The notes below the pieces were generated by a model. It was not told the origin of the DNA and searched no databases. It worked only from the letters and a program-made list of their open reading frames with translations. Both the position numbers and the translations under genes were made by a program. This document shows, one piece after another, positions 50,900 through 64,000 of a stretch of DNA of 64,000 bases. Source of the stretch: Mobula hypostoma. Lineage: Eukaryota. Every line of letters begins with the position of its first letter. Position 1 is the stretch's first letter. The stretch is taken from assembly GCF_963921235.1 (NCBI RefSeq), contig NC_086097.1:64792001-64856000 (forward strand), read 5' to 3'.

Positions 50900-52110
50900 A
50901 AATCATTGGATTGGACCATATTCAAGGATTCATCTTTGAGTCTGAATGAAAGTGCCACAGCTGTCACTGACTTCTTCAAGACCAGCATGGATGAGTGTGT
51001 GCCTTCCCAAGCCAGAAGCCCTGGATGAACCAGGACAGTCTACTGAGGGTTATATTTGTGGCATTTGAAACCAATTATCCAAAACCCAGCAAGAAGTCCA
51101 GGTATGACCTACAGAAAACCATTGCAAAAGTAGAAAGGGAATTCCATATGAAATTAGAGACCCTATGACAGCTGTGGCAGGTTTCTTATCTGTGAAACCT
51201 AACAGCATAAATGGTAGTGATGCTTCACTCTCCAATGAGATCACCACATTTTATGCATGCTTTGAAAGGGAGAATAACACTATGTCTGTGCAAATCCCTA
51301 CAGCATTTGGCAACCCAGTATTCTCTGTCTCAGAAGCTGATGTCAGTACATTCTTCAAGAGGGTGACCCCTCGCAAAGCATTAGGCCCCAATAGTGTATC
51401 TGGCATAGTACTGAAAATCTGTTTAAGCAGCCTGTTGAAATATTGAAGGATATCTGCAATCTCTCTCTGCTGCACACTGAGAGTCAAAAGGGCATCAAGC
51501 ATACCAATGCCCAAGAAGAGGAGGGTAAGCTGCCTTAACAACTATCACCCAGTAGCACTCACCTCTACCATGATAAAATGCTTTGAGAGGTTTGTCTTGG
51601 CTAGAATTAAATCCTGTCTGAGCAAGAACCTAGACCCAAGGCAATTTGCCTACCACTACAATAGGTCTACAGTGGACAGAATCTCACTGGCTCTCCACTT
51701 GGCTTTGTATACACCAAATTGCTGATGGTCCAATACAGCTTAGTGTTCAACACCATCATCCCCACAGTACAAATCAATAAACTTCAAAACCTGGTCCTCA
51801 GTGTATCTCCTTCTGAAACTGGATCCTCAACTTCATTAGCGGGAGACCATGGTCAGTGTGGATCAGTAATATCATCTCCTCACGGCACCTCAGTGATATT
51901 GCTGAGCCCAATGCACTACTTTCTCTACACCCCTGAGAGCGTGGCTGTGCATAGCTGAGATGCCATCCATAAATTGCCAATGATTCCACTGTTGGCAGAA
52001 CTTCAGATGGTGACAGGGTGTACAGGAATGAGATAGTTCAGCTGGTTGAGTGGTGTTGCAAGAGCGGCCTCACACTCAACATCAGCATGTCAAAGGAATT
52101 GATTGTGGAT
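50900..52110 (+). mobile_element. Rex1/Babar RT fragment, decayed
   Basis: SLSNEITTFYACFE, RKALGPNSV, LNNYHPVALTSTMIKCFERFV and LDPRQFAY. Confidence 0.85.
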
Positions 52111-52124
52111 TCACATCAGTCCTC

Positions 52125-52397
52125 ATAAACCCAAGAGATTCCACAGATGCTGGAAATCCAGAGCAACACACTCAAATTGCAGAAGGAACTCAGCAGGTCA
52201 AGCAGCATCTATAGAGGGGAATAAGGAGTCGACGCTTCGGGCCAAGACTGTCTATCAGGACTCGCTTCATCAGGAATTGCCCCAAATCATTGAGTATTTA
52301 TTCCCTGTCATAGATGCTGACTGACTTGCTGAATTCTTCCAATATTTTGTGTGTGTTGTTCAAGATTTCCATCATCTGCAGATTCTCTTGTGTTTAG
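52125..52397. mobile_element. About 270-bp foldback of two opposed Penelope tails
   Basis: The left end aaacccaagagattccacagatgctggaaatc pairs with the right end gatttccatcatctgcagattctcttgtgttt. Degraded hammerhead motifs meet at the centre, about 52262. Confidence 0.8.
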
Positions 52398-55094
52398 AAT
52401 GTTGCACCCGTTGCATTTAATTGCTCTATTTATTTTGATTAATATGCCCTTTAATAGTTCAAAATGTTATTGATGGTTGCTCCTTTTACTTAATTTTAAT
52501 TAAATATTTGATTTATAACCATTTGTTAGCTGGCTGTAAGTTATCTTTTTTGGTACCTTGGTCTCTTCTTGATTTTGTCCATAAATTTAGATTTCATCAC
52601 AAGACTACTTATTTGCAATCAGTGCTGCAACCAGGGAAATGAAAAGGAACACTTTCTCCCAGTCCATCAAGCACGCATTATTCTTCCTGGTTATCCTACT
52701 TCATATTAACAAGAATATGGCTTGGTTAACATTGCCAAAAACATCCCATGGAAAATTTTCCCTCTCTCTGTGACCTCTTCATAGAGCCACTTTTGTACTG
52801 ACACGTCTGTCCTCAGCTACCTTAACTTTCAAGTCTCTCAACAACTTATCCTTGATTTTATGCTCCATCCTCTCAGCCTTATTGCTTATTGCTATTTATT
52901 TTCGAATTACCTTGTCTATCCTGCCTGGACCTGAATTTTTATCCCATAATATTTTTGTTAATATCTTAATGATACTAATACTTGTTTAAAGCTCGTCTTC
53001 TGTTGAAGTGTTAACTTTAATAAAAAGAAATACTAAGACAAAGTAACAATCTTGATTGCATCTATGATTATTCTGCTCATCATTTGTTGGCCCTATTTTT
53101 CTTATTTATGTATATATCAAGCTCATAATTATTTTTGTATATCTTGGGATATGCTTCTGTTAGTTCTCTTAACCTATGGACCATTTTATTTTTAACTTAC
53201 TTGTGCTCACATTATTTCCATTAGTTTTATTACCTTCACTTGTGATTCACTTTGTTATCCATAGTGTAGTATAGTGAGCTTGTTTTCAACTTTCATTGAA
53301 CTAACTTTCTCAGATTTTAATCACAGTAAAATTTTCGGTTTCTCTGCCTTCACCTTTTGCTGAGTTTCCTTCTACCCTCGTTTCCCATCAATGTTCTTCT
53401 CATTTTAAAATGTTCTTTACCTCAATCTTTGCTCTATAAATGCTATTCTTGACTTTAATTTTGAATGTACTGAAGTACCATGTGACTTGTTTAAATGTAC
53501 ACCTCAGATAAAATGTGCATCTGTAAGATGGCATATACAATAATGCAGTTTCAATATATGTTGTTCAAATAGACTTGGTCACATTTTACAACTTTTATCC
53601 AATTCTTATTGGATAGCCACAGAACCACAACAACATCGGCAGGAGGCAGAAATCATACAGCTTCCCTAATCTGCTTGGTATAGAGTAAGGAAGGGTAGGT
53701 CGGGAAGGCTAATATAGATTGTAGAGCCCATGATTTATTGTCATGAGTTTTAGTCACAAGGAAAGCATGGGTTCTCTATCTGTCCATGAGCTGCTCCTTG
53801 AGAATGCAGTTCCTGTTGGTATCACGGGAGCCTAGAATCAACCTTAGTAAGAAGCAAAGCAATAGAAAGACAGCAGTAATGTTCAATTCAAATAAATCGG
53901 ATTTTATTCAATGCATAGCTAATTGCAATTATTGTAATCTTTTTGTCATCACAGGTACTGTTTTCTGCTGATCTTGGTAATGGTAACACTGCTTTAAATT
54001 GATCTTCTCAGATGAAGCGAAGGTCATCTGCTGCTATGAGAATCTGTTAATGGAACAGGCTGTGCACAGCAGGAAATCTTTGAAGGGCAGAAAGAGAATG
54101 TTTGCCCCACCATGTTAGCAGATTTAAGATCCAATTAGGGAGTCCATTGTGAATCCAAATGCTATTTTCATGCAATTATGTGATCAGAGAAGCATTAATT
54201 ACTTTAGTAGGAAGAGTATATTGTGCTTTTGTTATATCGTCTTAACAAGCATATATTGATATAATTGAGTTCTCTGTGAAAACAAACATTAGAATAGTAA
54301 TTAACAATGTGAGGAATTAATGAATTAAATAAAACTTTGCTTATTCATGCAAGAGATTTTCATAAACCTTGATTAGAAATAAATGCTTCAGTCAGATTAT
54401 GTCCTGTTACACGTATACCATTAACAACAAATGCTTTCTAAAATAGATTAACATACACAGCCACAACATAAGAGTAGAAATAAAAACAGAGCTAAATATG
54501 ATTATAGATATACTTAATATGAACCTTTAGGTGCAAATGGAGCCTTTGGATTATGAGTAGTTTATTTTTGGTGAGTTATGCAGAGTCCAAAAAATAAACC
54601 TAAACTAATTCATTGTTAAAATACTTCGATAGTCGCATTCAAGAGGCTTTTAGACAGACCCACGAATATACAGATAATAGAGGGATATGGATCATATGCA
54701 GGCAGAGGAAATTTGTTTAATTTATCTTCTTGCTTAACAGGGACATCATGGGCCAAAGGGCCTTTTCCTGTTCGGTACTGTGCTGTGTTCTATTATCATT
54801 TTTAGGTAGTTATTTATTAAATATCATGTCTGTAGTTGTCTATCTGTAGTTACTGTCACAGTAGTTTAAATTCTTGCTTAAATTAATTATTTTTGTGAAA
54901 TTTAATTACAATAACATTTGTATATTATTGTAGTTGTATATCTACAATTATATACAAAATATTATTGCAATCAAATTCCACAAGAACAACTAATTTAAAA
55001 GAAAACATATACTATTGTGATATTAAATTCATATTTAACACATCATAAATGAAATCTGAATTGGGCAGTAGAGTGAAATGAGTTATGTATCACC

Positions 55095-55528
55095 TGTCTG
55101 TTATGGATGAAATGCTGTGGTTGAAGTCATTGGTCAGACCGCCCTTAGGAGTATTGAAGACAGTTTTGGGCCCCTTATCTGAGAAAGGATTGTGGGGAGG
55201 ATGTTTCTTATAATAGTCTAGGACCAGAGGGCACAGCCTCAGAATACGAGGGTGTTCCTTTAGAACAGAGAGGAGGAGAAATTTCTTTACCCAGAGGGTG
55301 GTGAATCTGTGGAATTCATTGCAACGGACGGCTGTGGAGGCCAAGTCAGTGGGTATACTCAAGGAAAAGGTTGACAGGTTCTGGATTAGTAAGGGTGTCA
55401 AAGGTTACCGGGAGAAGCAGGAGAATGGGGTTTAGAGGGATGATAATTCAGACATGATGGAATGGTGGGGCAGACTCGATGGGCTGACTGGCCTAACTCT
55501 ACTCCTATATCTAATGGTCTTATGGTTA
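55095..55528 (+). mobile_element. CR1 3' fragment
   Basis: ctaggaccagagggcacagcctcagaata...gtgaatctgtggaattc...ctaatggtcttatgg. Confidence 0.85.
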
Positions 55529-56977
55529 TACAGACTTCTATTCATGTCTCCAGTGACTTAAAACAGTGGTAAAACATCTGGGCATCTCTGTTTCACTTAC
55601 AATTGTGTTTCTACTTTTGTTGCATCCTATACAATTTGTCTGAGAACTTCAGTTCAACAGCCAAGATAAGGGCCTTATCATACAAAGCAAATCTCATGAT
55701 GTCAATAGACCACCAATGTCATTTTTATGTAGCAGTGCATGGAATGCACGCAAAGTGTAAGATAGGTCAAGGTTTTGTTTAATAGTTTTTGTGGAACCAA
55801 AATAAGCATTGCAATGCAAACAATGCTCAGACTTCTGTAGATTATCACTAACATGTACCCCTTACTTAAACCTGCTTAATTTTGTGAAGCAGTGAGGCGA
55901 GCAACCAGCATCCCAAAAATGAATGGTTAGATATTTATTTTTTATGGTTTTATTTTGGTATTAAAACTATTAATCAAATCATAGAGTTAATTCTCAATTT
56001 ACACAAGAGTTTCAATCCTAGAAAACATGTATTAATCCAGGTTTTGCAAATCATAAAGGCTGAGTAAAATGTACAATGGGTATTTCGGTACAGTGCATTA
56101 CTATGGGTAGAGAGTCATACATTTTTCATTATAACAGAAAAAATAAATTTATAAATAGATGGTACATTCTATAATGAGTCAATGTAGTCATAGAATATTC
56201 ATAAAATGAGGAATATCTTTGCTTCTATTTTAGTGCCATTTTGCATTTTGCAGGTTTTTCCCATTATATCTGTTCAGGACTAACTGCAATAATTATTACA
56301 CAATTATTTTGATCAGCACTGACACTGTGGGCTGAAAAACCTATTCCTCTATTGTACTGTTATACATTCTACATTCATTGCTAACTAATACTGAATTAGG
56401 TCTTATTTTGGTTTTTGATGTAAAGCTTTAGGAATGGGAATATAACTTCCCAAACTATCTTTATTTTTGATGTCTCTGGCTGTCAAATTCAAAAAATCGT
56501 TAGTGTGGTAAAATTAAGCAAGAGAATACAAAGGACCTGATGCCTGTTTTGATGCAGTCTATAAAGATATCCTTGCGAGCAAACTGTACAAAGCAGAAAG
56601 TTCCTTCAACTAAATATTGGAGTCTACCGAGTTCAATCTCAGGCTATTCCAAAGACTGCTTATTTCCACTGCCATAATATTGCCTGACCCTACCTCTGCT
56701 TCAGTTGTCTATTCTTGAACCATCTGAAAGGAGTTTTCCAATGCACTCATAACTGGCCTTCTGTCTTCTACCTTCCATAAACTTAAGATCCTAATGCAAA
56801 CTGTTCCGGTCATCCATCACTCTCCTGGTTTTCATCCTAATTTTCTTAAATTTCCTCCATGTCCTTGATACTAGTGAATTCTGGTTTGTTGTACATCCCT
56901 AATTTTATAAGCTTTGCTATTAGTGATTATGCCTACCAAGGTTCTAAACTCAGTGTAACTTCCTCCTTAAATCCCCT

Positions 56978-57804
56978 TAGAGTCATAGAGTTCTTGAGCA
57001 GTACAGCACAGAAACAGGTCGAGCAGTCCACCTAGTCCATACCAAACTATTATTCTGCCTTGTTCCATCAACCTACACCTGGACCAAAGCCCTCTATATC
57101 CCTCACATCCATGTACTTATCCAGATTTAGATGTTGAAATCAAACTCCCATCTCACCACTTCTGCTGATAGCTCGTTCTACTCTCACCACTTCACCTTTC
57201 ACCCTTAACCCATGACATCAAGTTTTAGTCTCACCCAACCTCAGTGGAAAAAGCCTGCTTGCAATTACCTTAACTCATAATTTTGTACCCCTCTAGAATT
57301 CTCCTATGCTCTAGGGATTTAAGTCCTAACCTACTCAACCTTCCCCTATAACTCAGGTCCTCAAGTTCTGGCAACATCCTTGTGAATTTTTTCTGCACTC
57401 TTTCAATCTTTTTGATTACTTTCCTGAAGGCAGTTGACCAGAACTGCACACAAAGCTCCAAATTGGGACTCACCGATGTCTTGTATAACTTCAACATAAT
57501 ATCCCAACTCCTGTACTCAGTATTTGGATCTATGAAAGCCAATGTGCCAAAAGCTTTCTTTATGACCCTATCTATCTGTAAGGCTACTTTTAAGGAATTA
57601 TGGATCTGTATTCCCAGATCTATCTCTTCTACTGCACTCAGTGCACTACCATTCACTGTGTAAGTCTTACTTTGGTTTTTCTGCCCAAAGTGCAACACCT
57701 CACCTCATAGTAAATTCCATCTGCTATTTTTCAGCATTTTTTCCAGCTGATCCAGATTCCACTGCAAACTCTGGTAGCCTTCTTCACTGTCCACTACACC
57801 CAAA
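56978..57804 (-). mobile_element. CR1 RT/3' fragment; continues at 62367-62475 after the Gypsy
   Basis: MLHFGQKN...LYKTSVSPNLELCVQFWS...ERVQKKFTRMLP; it resumes cctatcttggtgtcatccacatattt. Confidence 0.88.
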
Positions 57805-60800
57805 TGTTAGGTCTGCTAATGTAGACTCCTCAGAGATTCCACCCAACTAACCAGAATCAGCTACCACTTATTTCCAACTCATCACCTGCAGCCTATTTAA
57901 GCCCAGTTCTCATCCAAAGTCCTTGATCACCCATCGAACTAGCCAGCCAGCAAGCCTCCTAGCCTTCGGTTATCTTGTTGCCTTGTTGTGTTAAATAGTC
58001 GATCTCTCTTATTTTGTGTCCCCTCGTAGCTTGTTATTTTGGAGTTTATTATTAAAGTGATTGGTCACTGCTCAATCATCTCCATTGCTCTGCATTTGGG
58101 TCAAGCCTCATCTACATTCCCTGGCAGGGTGGATAAACCAGCAGCTGACCCAGCAGTGGTTGCTCACATGAAGGATGTGGTCTGCCTTAACCAGTGCATG
58201 GTCCAGAAGCAGCAGGAAACCTTTGACCGTCACTCACCACCCTCAACCAACTCCTCTTCTCATTGCTGCATACCAATGGCGGTCAACCTCCTCCCTTGTA
58301 GCCTCGAGTTGACGGATCCCAACGCAATGCCACAACTTCCTGTTCTGATGTGTCCCTGCGTTTTGAGCTGCAGCTATCTCTGTATTCTATGGACTGAAGC
58401 AAGAGTGCCTTCAACATCTTCCTCTTCATTGGGCAAGTAATGAATTGGGCTGCCACTAACTGTTAGCCCATTACAATCACGGCCTCTCGGAGCATTTGAA
58501 AGATGAGCTCTCTACCCACAAGTTGCCCACCAGCCTTGAAAGCCTCCTCACCCTGGCCTTCCATGTTGATAAGCATCTTATGGAACGACCCTCCAGATCA
58601 CCAACCAGAACCCCAGTTTCATTCCTGGAATCATTTCCGGCTGCAGTAACCTCATCAGCAATGCCTCCAGAACCCACGCAGTTAAGGAGAGCTCCATTAA
58701 CTCACCCCTACCCCACCCCAAAGAGCGTGAGAATTGGTGGAGAAACAATTTCTGCGCTTACTGTGGAGCAGTCAATCACCAATGCATCAAATGCCCACTG
58801 CATCCAGGAAGATGGCACCACCAGGTAGAGATGAGAAGCCTACTATCTAGTAAACTCTCCCCAGCCCCTCGTTTCAACACCATAACCCAACTCGCTCTTC
58901 CCCTCCTTCTCCACACCCTGAAGGTTCTGCACGCCCAGGAGGCTCTGGTGAAATCTGGCGCAGATCTAGCACCTTCCTGAACCAGATTCTGTGTGTGCAG
59001 CTTGGGCTTCCTACCATCTCACACCTTCTGCATCATAGCCACTGACTGGTGTCCCTTGGGGTCTGGGATGGTCAGAGCATGCACACGGCCTGTGCACAAG
59101 AGCAACACAGAGCACTGTGAGTCCATCCCATTCTGCCTTATCGACTCACCCAACATTCCTCACATCTTGGGTTACCCCAGAATCTCCACTCACAAACTTC
59201 ACTTCACCTGATTATCCAGTTCACTACTGAGTTGGGGACCCACCTGCCTGTAACCTTAGGTGAATTCACCCCGTAAATTCGTGAGATGGAGGAAGCCCTT
59301 GACCTCACCAAACTCCGACAGGAACAACACAATTTGCCCGTTGCCTTCAGTAAAAGGGGAAGCCAGCACCCTGACACCTCACAGACCACATGACTGTGCA
59401 AATGACCTTCTCCCAAGGTTGTCTGTTCTCCCTCTCCCCTCCTGAGACCCAAGCCTTGGATGACTACATGCCAAAGCACTACAGAACGGCTTCATTCAAC
59501 TATCCCATTCCCCAATCGGTGCAAGATTCTTCATTGTCAAAAAGAAATATGGGCTCTCCATTCCTGCATCGACTACTGTGGCCTCAACAATATCACCATT
59601 AAAGACCGCTACCTTCTCTCCTAGAAGAATAGCACATTCATAACACTCCACGGGGCCCAGATCTTCACCAGACTGGATCTACGATGTGCATACAACCTGA
59701 TCTGCATCCACCAGGGAATGAGTGAAAGATAACATTCGTAATACCCACTCCATTTCAGACTTTCCAGCAGTTTAGCCATTTTCCAAGCCTTTCTTCATGA
59801 GATCTTCCGAGGCATGCTACAGAGGTATGTGCTCATTTACGCAACAGCATCCTCAGTTTCTCCAAGAACTCCCAGGACCACATCTACCGTGTTCATTCAG
59901 TCCTTCAGTGTTTCCTCAAAACCAATTGTTCTGCAAGTTAGTAAAACTCCAATTGCACATCCCAGTCATTTTCTTCCTGGGTTATGTCCTTTCATGCCAA
60001 GGCATTACCATGGATTTAGAGAAAGTGCATGCCATTGTTGAATGACCCTGACTGCACTCCCTCAAACTGTTACAGTGCTTCCTCACCTTCTCCAACTTCT
60101 AAACTGCCTTTTCATCAGGAACTACAGCTAAATCACTGCTCCTCTCACCTCCCTCCACAAAATCCTTCCTCACAGATAAGCTGCTCTGCTGCTGCTGGCC
60201 ACATTTAGGAGGAGCTCCGGAGACGCTTCACCACCACTCCCATTCTCCACCTTCTGAACCTCTTTGCACCTTTTGTGGTAGAGGTGGACACATTTGATGT
60301 AGACACCAGGGCCTTCCTCTCCCAGCGAGGACCAGACAGGGAGATACATCTTTGTGCCTTCAACTCGTGCAACCTCAGCTCTGCACATTGCCATGATGGA
60401 GTAGGAGACTGGGAGTTACTCGCCATTAAATGGGCCTTGGAGGAATGGAGATATTGTCTGATGGGGAACACTGAGCCCTTCCTGATCTGGACTGACCACC
60501 AGGACCACCTATCCATTCAGCATTCCAGCCAATTCAACCCACATCAGGCTCGCTGAGCCCTCTTCATCAAGCAATTCAGCTGCACCACCTCTGCACAACC
60601 CAGCTCCAAGAACCCTAAGGTAGACACCCTGTCACAACAGTTTGACCTGGTGGAAATAGAGATCAAATCTCAGCCATTCATTCCATCCTCCCGGATTCTC
60701 ACCCTAATAGTCTGGGACCTTGGGAACCTGACCGACCAGGCCCTATAGCACGAGTCTGCTTCAGCCGATGCACATGGCAGTGACCACGTGTTCTGAGGCA

Positions 60801-62366
60801 TTCCAGTAGGCCCACACCCCACCCTTCTCCAGCCATTCACGTGCATGATTGACTCGGGATTTTCAGCAGTGCCGGTTCTGGTGGCACACCACGATCACAG
60901 ATGTACGTCAGTTTGTCACTGCCTGCCCTCAGTGTGCTCAGTTCCTTCAATCAATAGTTAATTCCTCCAACCAGTGGCCTTCTGGACTCCTGCAGTCCCT
61001 GCCAAGCCCTCGACACCATTGGTCCCGCATCACCAAGAATTTCTTCATGGATTTGCCACCTTCCAATAGGGCCATAATGATCATGAAAGTGGTGGACCGG
61101 TTCTCCAAAGTGGCCCACTTCATTGCCCTCCCCAAACTTCCGTCAGCATCTGAGAGGGTGGACCTGGTTCTCCAACACGGAGTTCATCTCCATGGATATT
61201 GTTTTGGACCGGAGTCCGCAGTTCCTTTCCCACTTCTGGCAAGCCTTCTGCTCCCTGCTCCACACCTCGGTGAGTTTGTTCTCTGACTATCATCCGCAGA
61301 CCAATGGTCAGTCAGAAAGAGCCAGTCAACAAGTGGAGAAGTTTCTGCAAAACTTCACTGCCTCTAACCTTTCCACATGGACGAAGCAGCTGCCCTGAGC
61401 CGAGCTGTCCCACAACCTGCACACCTCCTCTGCCACAGTATGTCATTCTTCGGAGTTCTTCATGGCTACTAACCTTCATTGTTCCCCGCAGAGGACCCAA
61501 TGGAAGAGGTACCATCCACCAGGTCCCTGTTTGCTGCTGCTGAAATGCTTGGAAGAGGGCACCGAGAGCTATCCTATCTGTCAACCACCCCTGCTGCTGC
61601 CAGGCCAACCACCTGCAGCGCCCACCTGGGAACCGTGTCTGGCTGTTCACCTGAGATCTGCCCCTGCACACCGACTCCTGCAACCTCTCACCTGGCTTTG
61701 TAGATCCCTTTAAGATTATCCATCACGTCAGTCCAGTCACTTCCTGTCTCCAGCTATCCCCACCCTTCAGGATCACGCCTACCTTCCAGGTGTCCTACCT
61801 CAAGCCCATTGCCACCTCCAGAACCCGGGATGGTAGGAAGTAGTTCAGTGTACACAGTTCATTGGTTGATGGATCCACATTGTTGTGGACAGGGTATGCA
61901 GAACCTGGTCAACTGGGTAGGGTACAGCCTGGACAAGAGGTCATGAGTGCTGTCCACTTCTACCTTGGATCCATCGTTCATTGAGGAATCCACTAGACCC
62001 ATCTGGATCATCCTGGGCTGTCACATGCCAGCCATAGGCGGTGGGTTCCTGTCAGGCTTGCACAGACAGGCATCTCCCAGTCTCCACCCAGCTAACAGGA
62101 GGCCCCTGCCACTCATTTCCAACTCGTCACCTGCAGCCTATTTAGACCCAGCACTCATCCACAACCTTGTTCACCCATTTAACCAGCCAGCCTCAACTAA
62201 TTGCTCCTAGCCTTCAGTTACCTTGTTGCCTTGTCATATTAAATATCTTTTCTCTCTTGTTTTGTGGCCCTCGCTTGTTATTTTGCAGTATATTAAAGTT
62301 ATTGCTCACCAGTAGATCGTCCTTGCTGCTCTGCGTTTAGGTCAAGCCTCTATATTTCCTGATACA
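57805..62366 (+). mobile_element. Gypsy chromovirus-like (sushi-type) LTR retrotransposon, decayed
   Basis: LTRs at 57805-58126 and 62050-62366. Gag (IKDEL-like, LESLLTLA, MPPEPTQL, CAYCG), RT (PHRPHDCA, IDY, LDLRCAYNLI), RNase H (ELLAIKWALEEWRY, WTDH), integrase (VVDRFSKVAHFI, YHPQTNGQSERA) and a chromodomain-like end near 61850-61995. Probable 5-bp TSD ccaaa/cctat. Confidence 0.92.
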
Positions 62367-62619
62367 CCTATCTTGGTGTCATCCACATATTTGCTGATCT
62401 ACTTTACCTTAATATCATCCAGATAATTGAAGAAGATGGCAAATAACAATGTACCTGGCATTATTCCCTGTGGCCTATATCTTTCATTCCTTCTTTATTA
62501 TTCTCTTCAAAACCTGCCATCTTGTCGCATTTGATCACCTGTCCTAATTTGGCTTGGTGTCACTTTTGATTAGATATAATGCTCCTGTGAAGTTCCACAG
62601 GGGCTGTGTTCCAGTAAAG

Positions 62620-62698
62620 TGGGGTTTCCATACTGGGGTCCATGGACCTCTTGGTTAATGGTAGGGATCCATGGCATGATAAAGTTTGGGAACTCCTG
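62620..62698. mobile_element. About 80-bp hAT (Charlie-like) MITE
   Basis: Ends tggggtttcca / tgggaactcctg; 8-bp flanks cagtaaag / gaataaag (6 of 8 match). Confidence 0.6.
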
Positions 62699-63059
62699 GA
62701 ATAAAGCGTCTACACAGAAGGAAATTATTGATGAAATGCAGTTCTTTTAGTTTGTCCTTGCCCTGGAATTTGGTTCACTTTGAGCTAGAAAAAAATTATA
62801 CTATACCTCCCTGCCATTTTAAGGCATACAGTTGGAATCCAATCTCTCATGTCTGAATCACAATGTATAATTTGTTATCAAATCCATATTTGCATGTTTC
62901 TCCGGACTACAAATTTTAGTTGCCAATCTTGTTCTACACGAGAAGTGTAACTACTAGTCCACTCAGAAAGACATTTCTAAATAGCATAATGTTTATTAGT
63001 TTTGAAGAACCGTAAGTTCAGTTCATACTTTCTCAGCTAAGGGCAGATAATGTGGGTGT

Positions 63060-64000
63060 AATGTTGAAAGCTTTTAGTAGCAGGTTAGTTAATGAGCATC
63101 CTACTGTCACAAATAAATGATAGAGAACTTGAATTCCAACCTACTCTAATCCATCTTCTCTGGAGTTAGTACGTTGGAAAAGTTGTTTCTTTAATTTTAT
63201 TAAGGAGCAATGGAACAATATAAGCAGAAAAGCAATGCAATAAAAAGTGCATTGGATAGTACTCTAACCTTGTCAGCGACCGATAATCTTTGGATAGGCC
63301 TTTTACTTATAGAGATCAGCAATGGTTTTCTTTGGAAATCTTAGTAGATGATGCAACATTTATTTTTGGTTTAGTAAATATCAAAGTTCTACTAAGAAGT
63401 ATTTTGAACTGAATCCCAGCCTACATCTCACCAGGTTTTGTATCAGTTTCATTGACATGAAGACTTGTAGTTGTAGATAACAAAAAAGTTATCCAAAGAA
63501 ACGGCAGACATAAATCAGTTGGACAGCTGGGTGGTGTAGTGGCAAATGAAGTTTCATCCAGACAAATGCAAGGTCATACGCTTTAGGTGGTCAAATTCTA
63601 GTAGCGCATATAGATGAAATGGCAGGGTCTTAGGAATACTGATGAACGGAGAATCTTTGGGTTCAGGTCCATAGCTCTCTGAATGTGGTGACACGGGTGA
63701 ATGGGGTACTGAAAAAGGCATTAAGTCTGCTTGCTTTCATAAACTGAGGCATGAGTATAAAAAATGTGGTGTCAAGTTACAGTGATACAAGACCACACTT
63801 AGATGAATCTTGGGTGCAATAGAGTGTAGAAGAGATTCACCAGGATGCTGCTCAGAGTGGGGGTCCGCATTTATAAGGATAGGCTGTGTTTCTTCCCGCT
63901 GGAATGTAGGAGGCTGAGGGATGAATTTATGAAGGGTATAGATAGAATAAATAACCCGAGTCCTTTTTCCTGAGGAGGAGGGCGTAGAACTAGAGAGTTT
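63060..64000 (+). mobile_element. Old CR1 RT fragment running off the window
   Basis: tggcaaatgaagtttcatccagacaaatgcaaggtcatacgcttt and agagattcaccaggatgctg match CR1 ORF2. Confidence 0.75.

Overview
Repeat-dense vertebrate genomic DNA, most likely from a cartilaginous fish such as a ray. This is inferred from the CR1 subfamilies, an HE1/V-type SINE and the Penelope tail repeat. Most of the window is decayed, often nested transposable elements: CR1 LINEs (one nearly full length with an esterase ORF1 and APE-RT ORF2), Rex1/Babar and RTE LINE pieces, two full-structure Gypsy LTR elements (one chromodomain-bearing), a solo LTR, a full-length Tc1, an internally deleted Tigger/pogo, hAT- and Tc1-type MITEs, and tRNA-derived SINEs. 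The only supportable host-gene feature is a CpG-rich promoter with a minus-strand first coding exon (5032-4928). It tentatively resembles MBIP, from memory only. Repeat-poor islands upstream look like candidate enhancers. The most striking structure is a 1.45 kb near-perfect palindrome (11771-13217) made of two head-to-head Penelope GIY-YIG/3' ends. It is flanked by a 13-bp target-site duplication and each arm carries a minimal hammerhead-ribozyme motif. Smaller hammerhead-tipped foldbacks (about 220, 270 and 600 bp) and a 99-bp hammerhead-only insertion with its own 11-bp TSD also occur, suggesting a family of ribozyme-bearing foldback retroelements. All family assignments come from motif recognition without database searches. 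Boundaries not marked by a TSD or TIR are approximate.
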